A stretch of DNA of 64,000 nucleotides from Caproicibacter sp. GTDB taxonomy: Bacteria; Bacillota; Clostridia; Oscillospirales; Acutalibacteraceae. Position 1 is the first letter of the stretch. Every line of letters begins with the position of its first letter. Positions 10,832 through 20,728 of the stretch are shown here, in pieces. The position numbers and the translations under genes were made by a program. The notes under the pieces are model-generated. The model had not been told where the DNA came from, did not search any database, and saw only the letters and a program-made list of their open reading frames with translations. The stretch is taken from the NCBI GenBank assembly GCA_041859875.1, contig JBFLFY010000004.1, forward strand, positions 8,038-72,037, in the 5' to 3' direction.

Positions 10832-10862
10832 GTGGTAAAATCGGATTTGAAGTTCCTCCCAC
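10832..10862 (-). promoter_or_regulatory. L1-binding autoregulatory site upstream of rplA
   Basis: GTGGGAGGA...TCCGATTTTACCAC stem with asymmetric internal loop next to the RBS. Confidence 0.7.
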
Positions 10863-10925
10863 CGGGGGACTGTGGAAACCGACGCACGTCTTTCGACGCA
10901 GACGCCGCTTGCGTTTCCGTTGTTA

Positions 10926-11351
10926 TCAGTCGGCAACTTCAATGCCCATGCTGCGTGCTGTACCGACAACCATGCTCATGGCTGTTTCGATTGTAGCCGC
11001 ATTCAAGTCGGGCATCTTTGTTTCAGCGATCTTCTTAATCTGCTCTTTGGTGATCTTTGCAACTTTTGTTTTGTTCGGTTCACCGGAAGCCTTTTCGATA
11101 CCGCAGGCCTTCTTAATAAGAACGGCAGCCGGCGGAGTCTTTGTGATAAATGTGAACGAACGGTCTGCATAAACCGTGATGATAACTGGGATAATCATGC
11201 CGGCCTGCGACTTTGTGCGTTCATTGAATTCTTTTGTAAATGCCATGATGTTAACGCCATGCTGACCAAGCGCTGGCCCAACCGGCGGCGCCGGGGTTGC
11301 TTTTCCAGCAGGTATCTGGAGCTTAATAAAGCCTGTAACCTTCTGTGCCAT
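10926..11351 (-). CDS. rplK: 50S ribosomal protein L11
   Basis: [31 protein letters not shown]; start at ATG 11351 (141 aa). Confidence 0.98.
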   Translation of the reverse strand: MAQKVTGFIKLQIPAGKATPAPPVGPALGQHGVNIMAFTKEFNERTKSQAGMIIPVIITVYADRSFTFITKTPPAAVLIKKACGIEKASGEPNKTKVAKITKEQIKKIAETKMPDLNAATIETAMSMVVGTARSMGIEVAD

Positions 11352-11372
11352 TTTTACTGCACCTCCAAATTT

Positions 11373-11415
11373 TGTGGTTGATGGCGGAATGAAGATGATT
11401 TTCATTCCTCCCACA
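11373..11415 (-). promoter_or_regulatory. L1-binding autoregulatory site upstream of rplK
   Basis: TGTGGGAGGAATGAA...TTCATTCCGCCATCAACCACA, same architecture as the rplA site. Confidence 0.7.
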
Positions 11416-11464
11416 GGGGCAACGCCCCTCATAACAAGCGGGGAAACCCGCTGATTACCAGAAC

Positions 11465-11986
11465 TTACTCGATTGCTTCAGCCTGGCAAAGTTCCAGCTC
11501 AACCGGCGTTTCGCGTCCAAACATGGAAACGGTAACGCGCACGCTGTTCTTTTCCTTGTCCACAGCTTCTACAATTCCGACGAAGCCTTCCAGCGGCCCG
11601 TCAATAATTTTTACGGAATCTCCAACTCCGTAGGAAACCTCTATCTCTTTCTTCTCGACACCGAGCCGTGCGACCTCTTCATCGGTCAGCGGAATCGGCT
11701 TGGAAGACGGCCCTACAAAGCCCGTGCAGCCGCGGATATTGCGGACAATATACCACGATTCATTGGTAAGAATCATCTTTACGAGCACATAGCCCGGGAA
11801 GATTTTTCTTTCCACCTCGCGCTGCTTGTTGTCTTTGATTTCCGTTACGGTTTCGGTCGGAACAAGCACCTGCTGAATCAAGTCGTGGAGCTGCCGATTT
11901 TCCACCGTCTTCTCAAGATTGGAGGCAACCTTGTTTTCATACCCGGAATAGGTATGCGCAACATACCATTTTGCTTCTTCAGGCAA
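11465..11986 (-). CDS. nusG: Transcription elongation factor NusG
   Basis: [43 protein letters not shown]; TTG start after GGAGGGG. Confidence 0.97.
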   Translation of the reverse strand: MPEEAKWYVAHTYSGYENKVASNLEKTVENRQLHDLIQQVLVPTETVTEIKDNKQREVERKIFPGYVLVKMILTNESWYIVRNIRGCTGFVGPSSKPIPLTDEEVARLGVEKKEIEVSYGVGDSVKIIDGPLEGFVGIVEAVDKEKNSVRVTVSMFGRETPVELELCQAEAIE

Positions 11987-12011
11987 CGAAAACCCCTCCG
12001 ATTCAATCAAA

Positions 12012-12254
12012 TTATTTTGCAATGCTCATAATCAGCCCAAGCAGATTCACAAGAAGTGTGTCAAGGCCGAAAACGAAAAGACCAATGACGATGATAGTCA
12101 CGAGAACAACACCGGTATTTTTAAATACGGACTTTGGAGTAGGCCAAACAATTTTTTTGATTTCGGCCTTTGTGTCATGGAAAAATTTTGAGATGTTTTT
12201 ACCGGTTCTGACAAAAAAATTCGCTTTTTGTGCTTTCTCGGTTTTTTCTGCCAT
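12012..12254 (-). CDS. secE: Preprotein translocase SecE
   Basis: EIKKIVWPT plus single TM; lies between rpmG and nusG. Confidence 0.95.
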   Translation of the reverse strand: MAEKTEKAQKANFFVRTGKNISKFFHDTKAEIKKIVWPTPKSVFKNTGVVLVTIIVIGLFVFGLDTLLVNLLGLIMSIAK

Positions 12255-12275
12255 AAACTTTTCCCTCCGTCCGGA

Positions 12276-12425
12276 TTACTTCGTCTCGCGATGAAGCGTA
12301 TGTTTTTTGCAGAATCTGCAGTACTTCTTCATCTCGAGCCTGTCCGGATCGTTCTTTTTATTCTTCATCGTGTCATAGTTGCGCTGTTTGCACTCTGTGC
12401 AGGCCAAAGTAACTTTTACTCTCAT
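12276..12425 (-). CDS. rpmG: 50S ribosomal protein L33 (Zn-binding form), absent from the ORF track
   Basis: Manual translation [49 protein letters not shown]; GGAGGTG RBS. Confidence 0.97.
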   Translation of the reverse strand: MRVKVTLACTECKQRNYDTMKNKKNDPDRLEMKKYCRFCKKHTLHRETK

Positions 12426-12539
12426 AACGGCACCTCCCGCTGTACGGAAAAAATTTTAGCCCTGTAATTGGGCTGCGGCCTCCCTCGAATAAACAGGTAC
12501 AAAGGTACAAAAAAATAGCCCCTTAAACGAGGTAAATCA

Positions 12540-12568
12540 ATAATAGCATATCATACAAGCTATGTCAA
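12540..12568 (-). promoter_or_regulatory. sigmaA promoter of rpmG-secE-nusG
   Basis: TTGACA-17 bp-TATTAT with TG extension. Confidence 0.75.
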
Positions 12569-12592
12569 GAAAATATTGCAAAAAAAACAGCA

Positions 12593-12633
12593 TTTGCCGA
12601 AAGGCACACTAACAGCGAACCTTTCGGCAAAAA
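12593..12633. terminator. Hairpin downstream of the 12635-13420 gene
   Basis: TTTGCCGAAAGG...CCTTTCGGCAAA inverted repeat. Confidence 0.55.
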
Positions 12634-12634
12634 A

Positions 12635-13420
12635 TTAGCGGTTCATATCATTCAGAGTCGTCATCATACGGCTTGGCTTCTTTTTCTTTTCCGGCTTTAC
12701 TTTTTTGCCTTTCATCTTATGGCCGGCACGGTAGCCCTTTTCCATTTCGGGCGTAAAAAGCGGACGGATATTTGCAACTGCACCGTCGCTCAGGCCGTTA
12801 AGCACTACAATCGTAATGATGGCGCGCACGTCCACATCGCCGCTGACATACATTTCATTCAGCAGCGTGGCACACTTGGCAATAGCGTCTTTTTCAGCCC
12901 CTGCAGCACAAAGTGCTTCCACCTTCGGCAGAAGATGTTTACGGGCAAAGGAAACGGCGCGGATTCCGCCATAAGTTGTACGCTCTTCCGCCATTTCATC
13001 CTTCAGTTCCGGGAACGTTCCGACAAAGCGATTAAAGAAAAAGACTGGGTCGACGTTGTTGTCGTCATCTTTCCTGCGCTTTTTCTTCGTAAGCAGCGCA
13101 GCCGACTTCTGCGGGCCGCGTATCGACTCGGCAAAATCATCCGCAATGCCCTGGGCTTCGTCTGTTGTGTCGTTTTCCGGGTCAAACAGCCACATGGAAA
13201 CCGACTTCCACTTGCGCTCCGCGTCATCGGCGCTGCATTTGCGCAGCTCAAAACGCTTGCGGCTTTCACGGAACAAAATGCTGTAGACGATGTCTTCACA
13301 CTGAAATTCCACCGCCTGGCCGTCTTCCTCTTCCAAGTCTTTTTTTTCAAACTCGAATCCTAGTTCCGTAAGGGTAGAAGCGACTTTCTCCGTTATAAGG
13401 TCAAATGCTTTCTGCTCCAA
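12635..13420 (-). CDS. Hypothetical protein with Lys-rich segments
   Basis: 261-aa ORF, TTG start after AGGAGG; no recognised family. Confidence 0.75.
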   Translation of the reverse strand: MEQKAFDLITEKVASTLTELGFEFEKKDLEEEDGQAVEFQCEDIVYSILFRESRKRFELRKCSADDAERKWKSVSMWLFDPENDTTDEAQGIADDFAESIRGPQKSAALLTKKKRRKDDDNNVDPVFFFNRFVGTFPELKDEMAEERTTYGGIRAVSFARKHLLPKVEALCAAGAEKDAIAKCATLLNEMYVSGDVDVRAIITIVVLNGLSDGAVANIRPLFTPEMEKGYRAGHKMKGKKVKPEKKKKPSRMMTTLNDMNR

Positions 13421-13570
13421 TTCTGAATCCTCCTGTATTAAAAGTAGCGTCTGCGGAATCCCGCACCGCCGCTATGTGCATATGCCTACAGAATATTTCA
13501 TTTATTATACTACAGAAACCTGTTTTTGTCACCATACATTTGCCGGCAGTTTCATATACATAAAATATGT

Positions 13571-13599
13571 TTGCACCTCTTATAGCGTTGTGCTATGAT
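13571..13599 (+). promoter_or_regulatory. sigmaA promoter of ddl operon
   Basis: TTGCAC-17 bp-TATGAT with TG extension. Confidence 0.6.
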
Positions 13600-13675
13600 A
13601 AGTATTTGTAGGATTCGGTTCAAAATGCCGCAGCACGCCTGCGCAAAGCCGCACCCTGATTTGGAGGAATTATTT

Positions 13676-14764
13676 ATGAGCAAAATAAAAGTCGCCGTCC
13701 TTTTTGGCGGTTGCTCTGCGGAGCATGAAGTTTCACGCCTTTCGGCAGATTCTGTGATTCGCAATCTGCCCGCGGCAAAATATGATATTGTACGCGTCGG
13801 AATTACGAAAGACGGGCGCTGGTTCCTTTATACCGGCCCAGAAGAAAAAATTCCGACCGGCGAATGGGAGCAAAGTGAAGAAAAGACTCCCGCATTTCTT
13901 TGCCCGGACCGCCGCATTGGCGGGCTGGCCGTCAGCACACCGGACGGCCTTAAAACCGTGAAAGTGGACTGTGTTTTCCCTGTGCTGCACGGCCGAAACG
14001 GTGAAGACGGGACCATGCAGGGCCTGCTGGAACTGAGCGGCCTGCCGTTTGTCGGCTGTGGTACGCTTTCCTCCGCTGTATGCATGGATAAGGCTATTAC
14101 ACACTCGCTGCTTTCCAACGCCGGGATTAACTGTGCCAAATATCTCTGGTTTTTCAGCAAAAACTATGCAGGCGAAGGCAAAAAGAAAATTGAAACGAAG
14201 GTTGAGGCAAGGCTTGGTTACCCCGTATTTGTGAAGCCGGCAAACTCCGGTTCTTCCGTGGGTGTTACAAAAGTAAAAAGCGCAGCGGAGCTTTCCGCTG
14301 CCGTAGCAGCAGCCGCCGCAGAGAGCGACAAAATTCTTGTAGAGGAAGCTGTTTCCGGCCAAGAAGTAGAATGCGCAGTTTTGGGCAATTTAAACCCGAA
14401 GGCTTCCAGCGTTGTGGGCGAAATTGTGGCCTCGGCTTCTTTCTATGACTACGACGACAAATACAAATCCGGAAAATCCAAGCTAAACATCCCCGCACAT
14501 TTGGAAAGCAGCGTAGCGGAAGAAATCCGTACAGCTGCCGTGCGCGCTTTCCGCACTCTTGACTGCCGCGGTTTTGCGCGCGTCGACTTCTTTGTGCGGA
14601 ATGGGCATGAGGTTTTGCTGAATGAGCTGAACACCATACCGGGCTTTACTTCAATCAGTATGTACCCGAAGCTCTGGGAGGCTTCCGGCCTTTCCTACAG
14701 CGAACTTCTCGACCGGCTGGTTCAGCTTGCGTTTGAAGACGATGCAAAAGACTTTAAAAGATAA
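13676..14764 (+). CDS. ddl: D-alanine--D-alanine ligase
   Basis: GGCSAEHEVS, LHGRNGEDG, VKPANSGSS, FYDYDDKY, NELNTIPGFT; ATG 13676 after GGAGG. Confidence 0.96.
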   Translation: MSKIKVAVLFGGCSAEHEVSRLSADSVIRNLPAAKYDIVRVGITKDGRWFLYTGPEEKIPTGEWEQSEEKTPAFLCPDRRIGGLAVSTPDGLKTVKVDCVFPVLHGRNGEDGTMQGLLELSGLPFVGCGTLSSAVCMDKAITHSLLSNAGINCAKYLWFFSKNYAGEGKKKIETKVEARLGYPVFVKPANSGSSVGVTKVKSAAELSAAVAAAAAESDKILVEEAVSGQEVECAVLGNLNPKASSVVGEIVASASFYDYDDKYKSGKSKLNIPAHLESSVAEEIRTAAVRAFRTLDCRGFARVDFFVRNGHEVLLNELNTIPGFTSISMYPKLWEASGLSYSELLDRLVQLAFEDDAKDFKR

Positions 14765-14903
14765 GAAGGAACGGCGCAGCAGTACGGCCGCCCAAACAGC
14801 GGCCGTATTCTATTCTGCACCGAAAAGCGGAAAGCCCGGACCGCAGCGTAACTGTACGCCGCAGGACAGTCCGGAAAACCTGTTCCCCGCAAAGGAGAAA
14901 ACC

Positions 14904-15350
14904 ATGGACGAAAATTATCTAATTTCAATCAAAGGACGCCAGAATGTAGATGGTGAAGTCGGCGAAGTCGAACTGACAACACTTGGTTCCTATGTAAAGC
15001 GCGGCAAAAGCCGCTACATTTTATATAAGGAATATGCATCCGAAGGGGATACCACACCGCGCACTTCCATTTTAAAAATAGACGGCGGCTCCCGCCTGAC
15101 CCTGATGCGCCGCGGCGGCGACGCCACCCGCCTGATACTGGAAAGTGGAAAGCGCCACCTCTGCCAGTACGACACCGGCTACGGAAGCCTGATGATTGGT
15201 ATTTTTACCAACCGGTTTGAGTCTGAGCTGAACGACGCGGGCGGAAGCCTGAACGTCAGCTATACGCTGGACATCAACTCGGCGCTTTCCAGCCTGAACG
15301 AACTTTTCATCACCGTCAAGGAGGCAAAAAACAACGATGTCAAAAATTGA
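14904..15350 (+). CDS. DUF1934 family protein
   Basis: YDTGYG motif, beta-rich; typical position upstream of argS; AAGGAG RBS. Confidence 0.8.
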   Translation: MDENYLISIKGRQNVDGEVGEVELTTLGSYVKRGKSRYILYKEYASEGDTTPRTSILKIDGGSRLTLMRRGGDATRLILESGKRHLCQYDTGYGSLMIGIFTNRFESELNDAGGSLNVSYTLDINSALSSLNELFITVKEAKNNDVKN

Positions 15351-17031
15351 ACTGCAGGCAACCGAAAATCTGAAAAGCGCCATTACCGCCGCCATGCGCA
15401 GCGGTATGGAAAAGGGACTTCTGCCAAAAGCCGAAATTCCAGATTTTATTGTTGAAGTCCCGGCTGATCTTTCCCACGGCGACCGTGCCGCCAATGCGGC
15501 AATGATCAGTGCAAAAGCCTTTCACATGGCCCCGCGCAAAATTGCGGAAACCATCAAGCAGGAGCTTGACCTGGGCGGCACCTACTTTGACCGCTGTGAG
15601 ATTGCCGGGCCCGGTTTCATGAACTTTTTCTTCGGCCCGCGGTTTTATGTTGACGTGGTGAAGGAAGTCCTCGCGGCTGGCCCGCTGTATGGCCGAAGCA
15701 ACTGGGGTAAAAAAGAAAAGGTCATGGTGGAATACGTTTCCGCCAACCCAACCGGCCCCATGCATATGGGCAATGCGCGCGGCGGCGCCCTGGGCGACTG
15801 CCTGGCCTCTGTTCTGGATGCCGCAGGCTTTGACGTTACCCGTGAATTCTATGTAAACGACGCCGGCAACCAGATTTTGAAATTTGGGCATTCCCTCGGC
15901 GCACGCTACCTGCAGATTTACAAGGGCGAAGACGCGGTGGAGTTTCCGGAAGACGGCTACCATGGCGATGACATTAAAGACCGCGCCGCCGAATTTGCAA
16001 AAGTCAACGGCGACAAATATGTGGACGTTTCTGCGGAAGAGCGTGAAAAGGCACTTGTGGACTATGCCCTGCCAAGAAATATTACCAAAATGAAGGCTGA
16101 CCTTGAAAAGTACCGCATTGTTTACGACAGCTGGTTCCTGGAAAGTACGCTGCACAACGACGGCGAACTGGACGAAGCCATTCAGATTTTAAAAGACCGC
16201 GGCATGACCTACGAAAAAGACGGCGCGCTGTGGTACCGTGCCACAGCAAACGGTGCGGAAAAAGACGAGGTTCTTGTCCGTGGAAACGGAACACCAACTT
16301 ATTTTGCCGCTGACATTGCCTACCACCGCAATAAGTTTTTGAAGCGCGGCTTTCAGCGCGTAATTGACGTGTGGGGCGCGGACCACCACGGCCATGTGGC
16401 CCGCATGAAAGGTGCAATGGATGCCATAGGCCTTGACGGCAGCAAGCTTGACGTGATTCTGATTCAGCTTGTGCGCCTGGTGCGCGGCGGTGAAGTTGTG
16501 CGCATGAGCAAGCGCACGGGCAAAGCAATCGGCCTCGCGGACCTGCTTGACGAAGTGCCGGTGGATGCGGCGCGGTTCTATTTTAATCTGCGCGAAGCAA
16601 CCTCACAGATGGATTTTGACCTTGACCTTGCCGTAAAGCAAGACTCTCAGAACCCGGTCTACTATGTGCAGTACGCGCACGCACGCATTTGCAGCCTTCT
16701 GAAAAACCTGGCGGCGGATGGAATTCAGCCGCGAAAATGCACTGACGAAGAGCTTGCCCTGCTGACGGCGCCGGAAGAAAAAGACCTTATCCGTCATCTT
16801 TCCATTTGCACCAGCGAGATTATTGCTTCTGCGCGTGACTACGACCCGGCCCGCATGATGCGCTACCTGATTACGCTGGCAACGCTTTTCCACAAATTCT
16901 ACACAGCCTGCCGCGTGAAAGGCGAAGGCAAAAGCCTGACTGCCGCACGGCTTGACCTCTGTATGGCTGCCAAAACGGTGCTGAACAACATCCTTTCCAT
17001 GTTTAAAATTACAGCGCCGGAAAGCATGTAG
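15337..17031 (+). CDS. argS: Arginine--tRNA ligase
   Basis: EYVSANPTGPMHMGN, GADHHG, MSKRTG, YYVQYAHAR. Confidence 0.97.
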   Translation: MSKIELQATENLKSAITAAMRSGMEKGLLPKAEIPDFIVEVPADLSHGDRAANAAMISAKAFHMAPRKIAETIKQELDLGGTYFDRCEIAGPGFMNFFFGPRFYVDVVKEVLAAGPLYGRSNWGKKEKVMVEYVSANPTGPMHMGNARGGALGDCLASVLDAAGFDVTREFYVNDAGNQILKFGHSLGARYLQIYKGEDAVEFPEDGYHGDDIKDRAAEFAKVNGDKYVDVSAEEREKALVDYALPRNITKMKADLEKYRIVYDSWFLESTLHNDGELDEAIQILKDRGMTYEKDGALWYRATANGAEKDEVLVRGNGTPTYFAADIAYHRNKFLKRGFQRVIDVWGADHHGHVARMKGAMDAIGLDGSKLDVILIQLVRLVRGGEVVRMSKRTGKAIGLADLLDEVPVDAARFYFNLREATSQMDFDLDLAVKQDSQNPVYYVQYAHARICSLLKNLAADGIQPRKCTDEELALLTAPEEKDLIRHLSICTSEIIASARDYDPARMMRYLITLATLFHKFYTACRVKGEGKSLTAARLDLCMAAKTVLNNILSMFKITAPESM

Positions 17032-17057
17032 CAGAAAGGAAACCTGTTAAAAAAGCT

Positions 17058-18050
17058 ATGGATGCTACCTTTGAGATTCCTCTGATATTGGATTTTCAGG
17101 AAAGCCACGGCAGTTCCGCGGCTCTGCTGGATTCCGCCGGCCAAAAAAAGACCACGGGCGGCGTATTTACCCCGTGCGCTGGCGTTACAGCAGGAGAAGA
17201 TGAAACCGACTGGTTTGACGCACTCTGCTCCCGGCGGCGGGAACAGATTCACGCCCTGAAAAAGGGTAAAGCAGCATTTGTGCTTCTGGCAAGGCAGACA
17301 TCGCTTGCGGAAATGCGGGCTTCCCTGCTTGCCGCGCGCGGAACCGGGCTTCCGGTCACCGTCTGCCCGGAATTTACCGAAAAAGACAGCCCGGAACGCT
17401 TCCTTGCCGCACTGATTACCCTGCAGGCCATGGGCGCCGCCGCTTATGGCCTTTGCGGCACACCAAGCAGCGAAATGCTCAGTGCCGTAAAAGAAATGCT
17501 TCCGCATGCCGCCATTCCGTTTGCCCTGCTGGCAGACGCTGCACCGGGGCAATCCCCCGCCGCTTTTGCGGAAAGCCTGCGGCCTTTTGTAGAAGCGGGC
17601 GTTCGGGTTTTAGGCTGCGGACGCAATTCTTCGCCGGAACACCAGCAGGAACTGCAAAAAATGCTGAAAAAATATGGCCCTCTGGAATGTTCCAAAGAGC
17701 CTGACTGCTATGCTGCCGCCACGGAGCGGGAAGTTTTCTTTCTGGGCGACGATATTGAATTCAGCCATCCGCTTCCCTGTTCCTCTTCCCTTAGCGATAA
17801 ACTGATTCGCCTGGATGACGAACGGGTTTCGGCAGCACTCGTCCTTCTGGAAAGTGTGAATGACGCCGTCCTCCTCAGCCAAAACAGCCTGATGACAAAA
17901 CTGCCCATTGCTGTTCGCGCAGACAGTTCTGCCGTACTGGAAGCTGCCCTGCGCTACTTTCAGGGCCGGCTGATTATCGACTCCAGTTTGCCAATCGAAG
18001 CAGAGATTCTGGAGCCCCTTGCGGCAAAGTACGGAGCTATTCTTTATTAG
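17058..18050 (+). CDS. Degenerate MetH-like protein (homocysteine-binding-like domain plus pterin-binding fragment)
   Basis: GVRVLGCG resembles GGCCG; C-terminal LEAALRYFQGRLIIDS...PLAAKYGA resembles the MetH pterin domain. Confidence 0.55.
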   Translation: MDATFEIPLILDFQESHGSSAALLDSAGQKKTTGGVFTPCAGVTAGEDETDWFDALCSRRREQIHALKKGKAAFVLLARQTSLAEMRASLLAARGTGLPVTVCPEFTEKDSPERFLAALITLQAMGAAAYGLCGTPSSEMLSAVKEMLPHAAIPFALLADAAPGQSPAAFAESLRPFVEAGVRVLGCGRNSSPEHQQELQKMLKKYGPLECSKEPDCYAAATEREVFFLGDDIEFSHPLPCSSSLSDKLIRLDDERVSAALVLLESVNDAVLLSQNSLMTKLPIAVRADSSAVLEAALRYFQGRLIIDSSLPIEAEILEPLAAKYGAILY

Positions 18051-18267
18051 CAGGCTCCTTTGTTTCCACTGTTTCCGGAGTATTTTCTTCCGGCGGAACA
18101 TCCCAGCCCTGAAAAGCAATGCTCATTGCGCCAAGCGCCATGCAGCAGGCAATAGTTGCCGCCGTGATGGCCCAGTTTGTGAATCCAAACGGGCCCAGTA
18201 CCATGGAAACCAGCAGCAGGACAAATCCAATATCAAAAAGAACTAGTGCAAGTTTTTCATCACTCAT
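18037..18267 (-). CDS. Small two-TM membrane protein
   Basis: AAGGAG RBS, two hydrophobic helices, acidic tail; downstream of rsmA. Confidence 0.65.
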   Translation of the reverse strand: MSDEKLALVLFDIGFVLLLVSMVLGPFGFTNWAITAATIACCMALGAMSIAFQGWDVPPEENTPETVETKEPANKE

Positions 18268-18320
18268 TGTATTATTATCTCCTTTTTAACCGATTGGATA
18301 TTTGCAGGCCGCATAAAACT

Positions 18321-19175
18321 TTATTGAAAATTCAGAGTATTCGCGAGCTGTGCCAGCTGCTCCATGGTAAGCCGTTCGGCCCTTACGGAAGCGGAAACGC
18401 CAACTGCCTGCAGTGCTTCGGCTACGCCGTTTTTCGGCAGTGACAGCCCGGCAGAAATGGAGTTTGCCGCCGTTTTGCGGCGCTGCCCGAATGCGGCCTT
18501 TATCAAAGCAAAAAATTGTTTTTCGCTTGTGACAGTAACCGGCGGTTCTTTGCGCACCCGGAGCTGAATGACGGCGGAATCCACTTTTGGCTGCGGAAAA
18601 AAGCCGGAGCGTTTTACTCCAAAAAGTATTTTAGGCTCTGAATAGTACTGTACGGATATGCTGACTGCGCCACACGCCCGCGTTCCGGGCTGTGCGCAGA
18701 GGCGTTCGGCTGCCTCTTTCTGCACCATTACCGTGAGTGCGGAAACGGGTATTTTTTCCTCAAGGAACCGCATGACAACCGGCGATGTGATATAATATGG
18801 CAAATTGGCACAGACAAAAACTTTTCTGCTGCCAAACTCACGGTGAAGAAGTTCGTTCAGGTCCAGCTTCATCACGTCGCCCCACACAATTTTCACGTTG
18901 CCGCAGCCGGCAAGCGTTTCTTTCAGCACTGGCTCCAAACTGCGGTCCAGCTCCACAGCGACTACTTTAGCCGCCCTGGCGGAAAGTTCTTTCGTCAGCA
19001 CACCGATTCCGGGGCCAATCTCCAAGACGCCGTCTTCTTTCCCCGCGCCGCAAAGCTCAGCCATTTGGGGGCAAACATCCGGGTTAACAATAAAATTCTG
19101 CCCAAGGGAATGCGAAAAATGAAAGCCGTGCCGGGAAAGCACTGCGTGAACCATGTTAATATCCGATAAATCCAT
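18321..19175 (-). CDS. rsmA: 16S rRNA m6,2A dimethyltransferase RsmA/KsgA
   Basis: LGQNF, EIGPGIG, ANLPYYITSP, MVQKE, FGQRRKT; ATG 19175 after GGAGG. Confidence 0.96.
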   Translation of the reverse strand: MDLSDINMVHAVLSRHGFHFSHSLGQNFIVNPDVCPQMAELCGAGKEDGVLEIGPGIGVLTKELSARAAKVVAVELDRSLEPVLKETLAGCGNVKIVWGDVMKLDLNELLHREFGSRKVFVCANLPYYITSPVVMRFLEEKIPVSALTVMVQKEAAERLCAQPGTRACGAVSISVQYYSEPKILFGVKRSGFFPQPKVDSAVIQLRVRKEPPVTVTSEKQFFALIKAAFGQRRKTAANSISAGLSLPKNGVAEALQAVGVSASVRAERLTMEQLAQLANTLNFQ

Positions 19176-19263
19176 ATTGGCGAACCTCCGCTTTTTATGC
19201 TTCATTATATCATAGCCGCGGCAAAATTGCCATTGCGGAACACTTTTTGGAAAGGGTGATTTT

Positions 19264-19752
19264 ATGCAGAGAACGGATAAAACCAATTATTACCTTGACA
19301 TAGCCGAAACCGTGCTGGAGCGGGGCACCTGCCTGCGGCGGAACTTCGGCGCTATCATTGTAAACCACGACGAGATTATCTCCTCCGGCTATGTTGGCGC
19401 ACCGCGCGGCCGGAAGAACTGCATTGACATGGGCGTCTGCATCCGGGAAAAGCTGGGCATCCCGCGCGGAGAACGCTACGAACTTTGCCGCTCCGTCCAT
19501 GCCGAGGCAAATGCAATTATCAGCGCTCCACGCAATGAAATGCTTGGCGCAACGCTGTACCTTGTGGGCCGGGAAGTGAAAACCGGCGATTATGTGACAA
19601 ACACCGTGCCTTGTTCCATGTGCAAAAGGATGATTATTAACGCGGGCATTCTGCGTGTTATCGCGCGCATCAGCAAGACGGAGTACTCCGTAACCAATGT
19701 AAACGACTATGTAACGACTGATGAATCTTTGGTTGGGAAATTCGGGTACTGA
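19264..19752 (+). CDS. dCMP/cytidine deaminase family protein
   Basis: HAEANAI and PCSMCKR Zn-binding motifs. Confidence 0.9.
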   Translation: MQRTDKTNYYLDIAETVLERGTCLRRNFGAIIVNHDEIISSGYVGAPRGRKNCIDMGVCIREKLGIPRGERYELCRSVHAEANAIISAPRNEMLGATLYLVGREVKTGDYVTNTVPCSMCKRMIINAGILRVIARISKTEYSVTNVNDYVTTDESLVGKFGY

Positions 19753-19789
19753 GCCGTTTTAGCACTCCGAATATCCCAGTTTAAAACAG

Positions 19790-19840
19790 AAACAGCAGCC
19801 GCGCTGTTCCGTATGAAAACGGGCAGCGCGGCTGCTGTTT
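19790..19840. terminator. Bidirectional terminator
   Basis: AAACAGCAGCCGCGCTG...CAGCGCGGCTGCTGTTT, 17-bp inverted repeat between convergent genes. Confidence 0.8.
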
Positions 19841-19854
19841 GCCAAAATCCATAT

Positions 19855-20568
19855 TTATTTTTCGCCTTCCGGCTTGTCCTTTTCAAAAGCTTTTTCCGCC
19901 GCCTCGCGGGCAAGGTCAATCATCATAACGCCATTGTCTTCTTTTTTCTCTTCAGCCGGAATTTTCGCATACACCTCGCCGACCATGGAACGCATCCACA
20001 GACCGGGCGTAATGCGCATGGAATAGCCGCAGCCGCTGTCGGTCATCCAGTCGTAAAACCGGGCGCGCGGCAGGCCGTAAGCGGAAAGAAGCGTCATCAG
20101 TGTGCCGCCGTGAGCCACAATCACAGCAGAAGTCATACCGGCGGTCATGAGTCCCTTTACAATTTTCTCAAACGCGGCACAGGTGCGCTGCATAAAAGCG
20201 CCGCTGCTTTCTCCCCCCGGCGGGGTAATCTGCTTTCCTTTTCCGGCGACCCACTGTGCAAACGCCGGATCTTTTGCGGCAATCTCTTTGGCATTTTTGC
20301 CTTCCCACTCGCCAAAATCACATTCGCGGAAATCGCGGATTAAAATTGGTTTGGCTTCCGGGTACAAAATTTTCATAGTCTGTGTGCAGCGCTTCAGTGG
20401 GCTGCAGAAATACGCTTCCGCCTGCGGGTACGGATACTTTTCCGCCAGAGCATGAATTCTTTTCTCGCCCAACGGGGAAAGCGGAAGATCTGTGCTGCCA
20501 ATATAGCGGCCTTCTTCGTTTCCGGCCGTCATGCCGTGACGGATGAAATGAATAATATAGGATTTCAA
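19855..20568 (-). CDS. Histidine phosphatase family protein
   Basis: IRHG, SPLKRC, ECDFGEWEG, AHGG; TTG start after GGAGGAGG. Confidence 0.9.
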   Translation of the reverse strand: MKSYIIHFIRHGMTAGNEEGRYIGSTDLPLSPLGEKRIHALAEKYPYPQAEAYFCSPLKRCTQTMKILYPEAKPILIRDFRECDFGEWEGKNAKEIAAKDPAFAQWVAGKGKQITPPGGESSGAFMQRTCAAFEKIVKGLMTAGMTSAVIVAHGGTLMTLLSAYGLPRARFYDWMTDSGCGYSMRITPGLWMRSMVGEVYAKIPAEEKKEDNGVMMIDLAREAAEKAFEKDKPEGEK

Positions 20569-20728
20569 TCGAGAAACCTCCTCCAGTAAATAAAGTGCTT
20601 CCATCGGCGCCTAAATAGAGCGGATTTTTCACACGCAAGCACAACATTTAGTATCTTTACATAGCGTTATATTTATAGTATCATTTACAGGACGTTAATA
20701 AAACATTTTTCGACAGGTGATAGGAACT

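Noticed and set aside
12426-12540. tRNA often found near rpmG/secE
   Set aside because: No cloverleaf or TTCG T-arm pattern found.
13676-14764. Possible Van-type D-Ala-D-Lac/Ser ligase
   Set aside because: Omega loop FYDYDDKY is the housekeeping D-Ala-D-Ala type; no vanRS/H/X/T genes nearby.
14765-14903. Hairpins upstream of DUF1934-argS as a T-box riboswitch
   Set aside because: No T-box (GGTGGNACC) or specifier-stem signature is visible, and the region is short.
19264-19752. Deaminase as an anti-phage defence gene or as a competence gene linked to the pili
   Set aside because: Stand-alone housekeeping-type dCMP deaminase, with no kinase fusion and no comEA/comEC neighbours.
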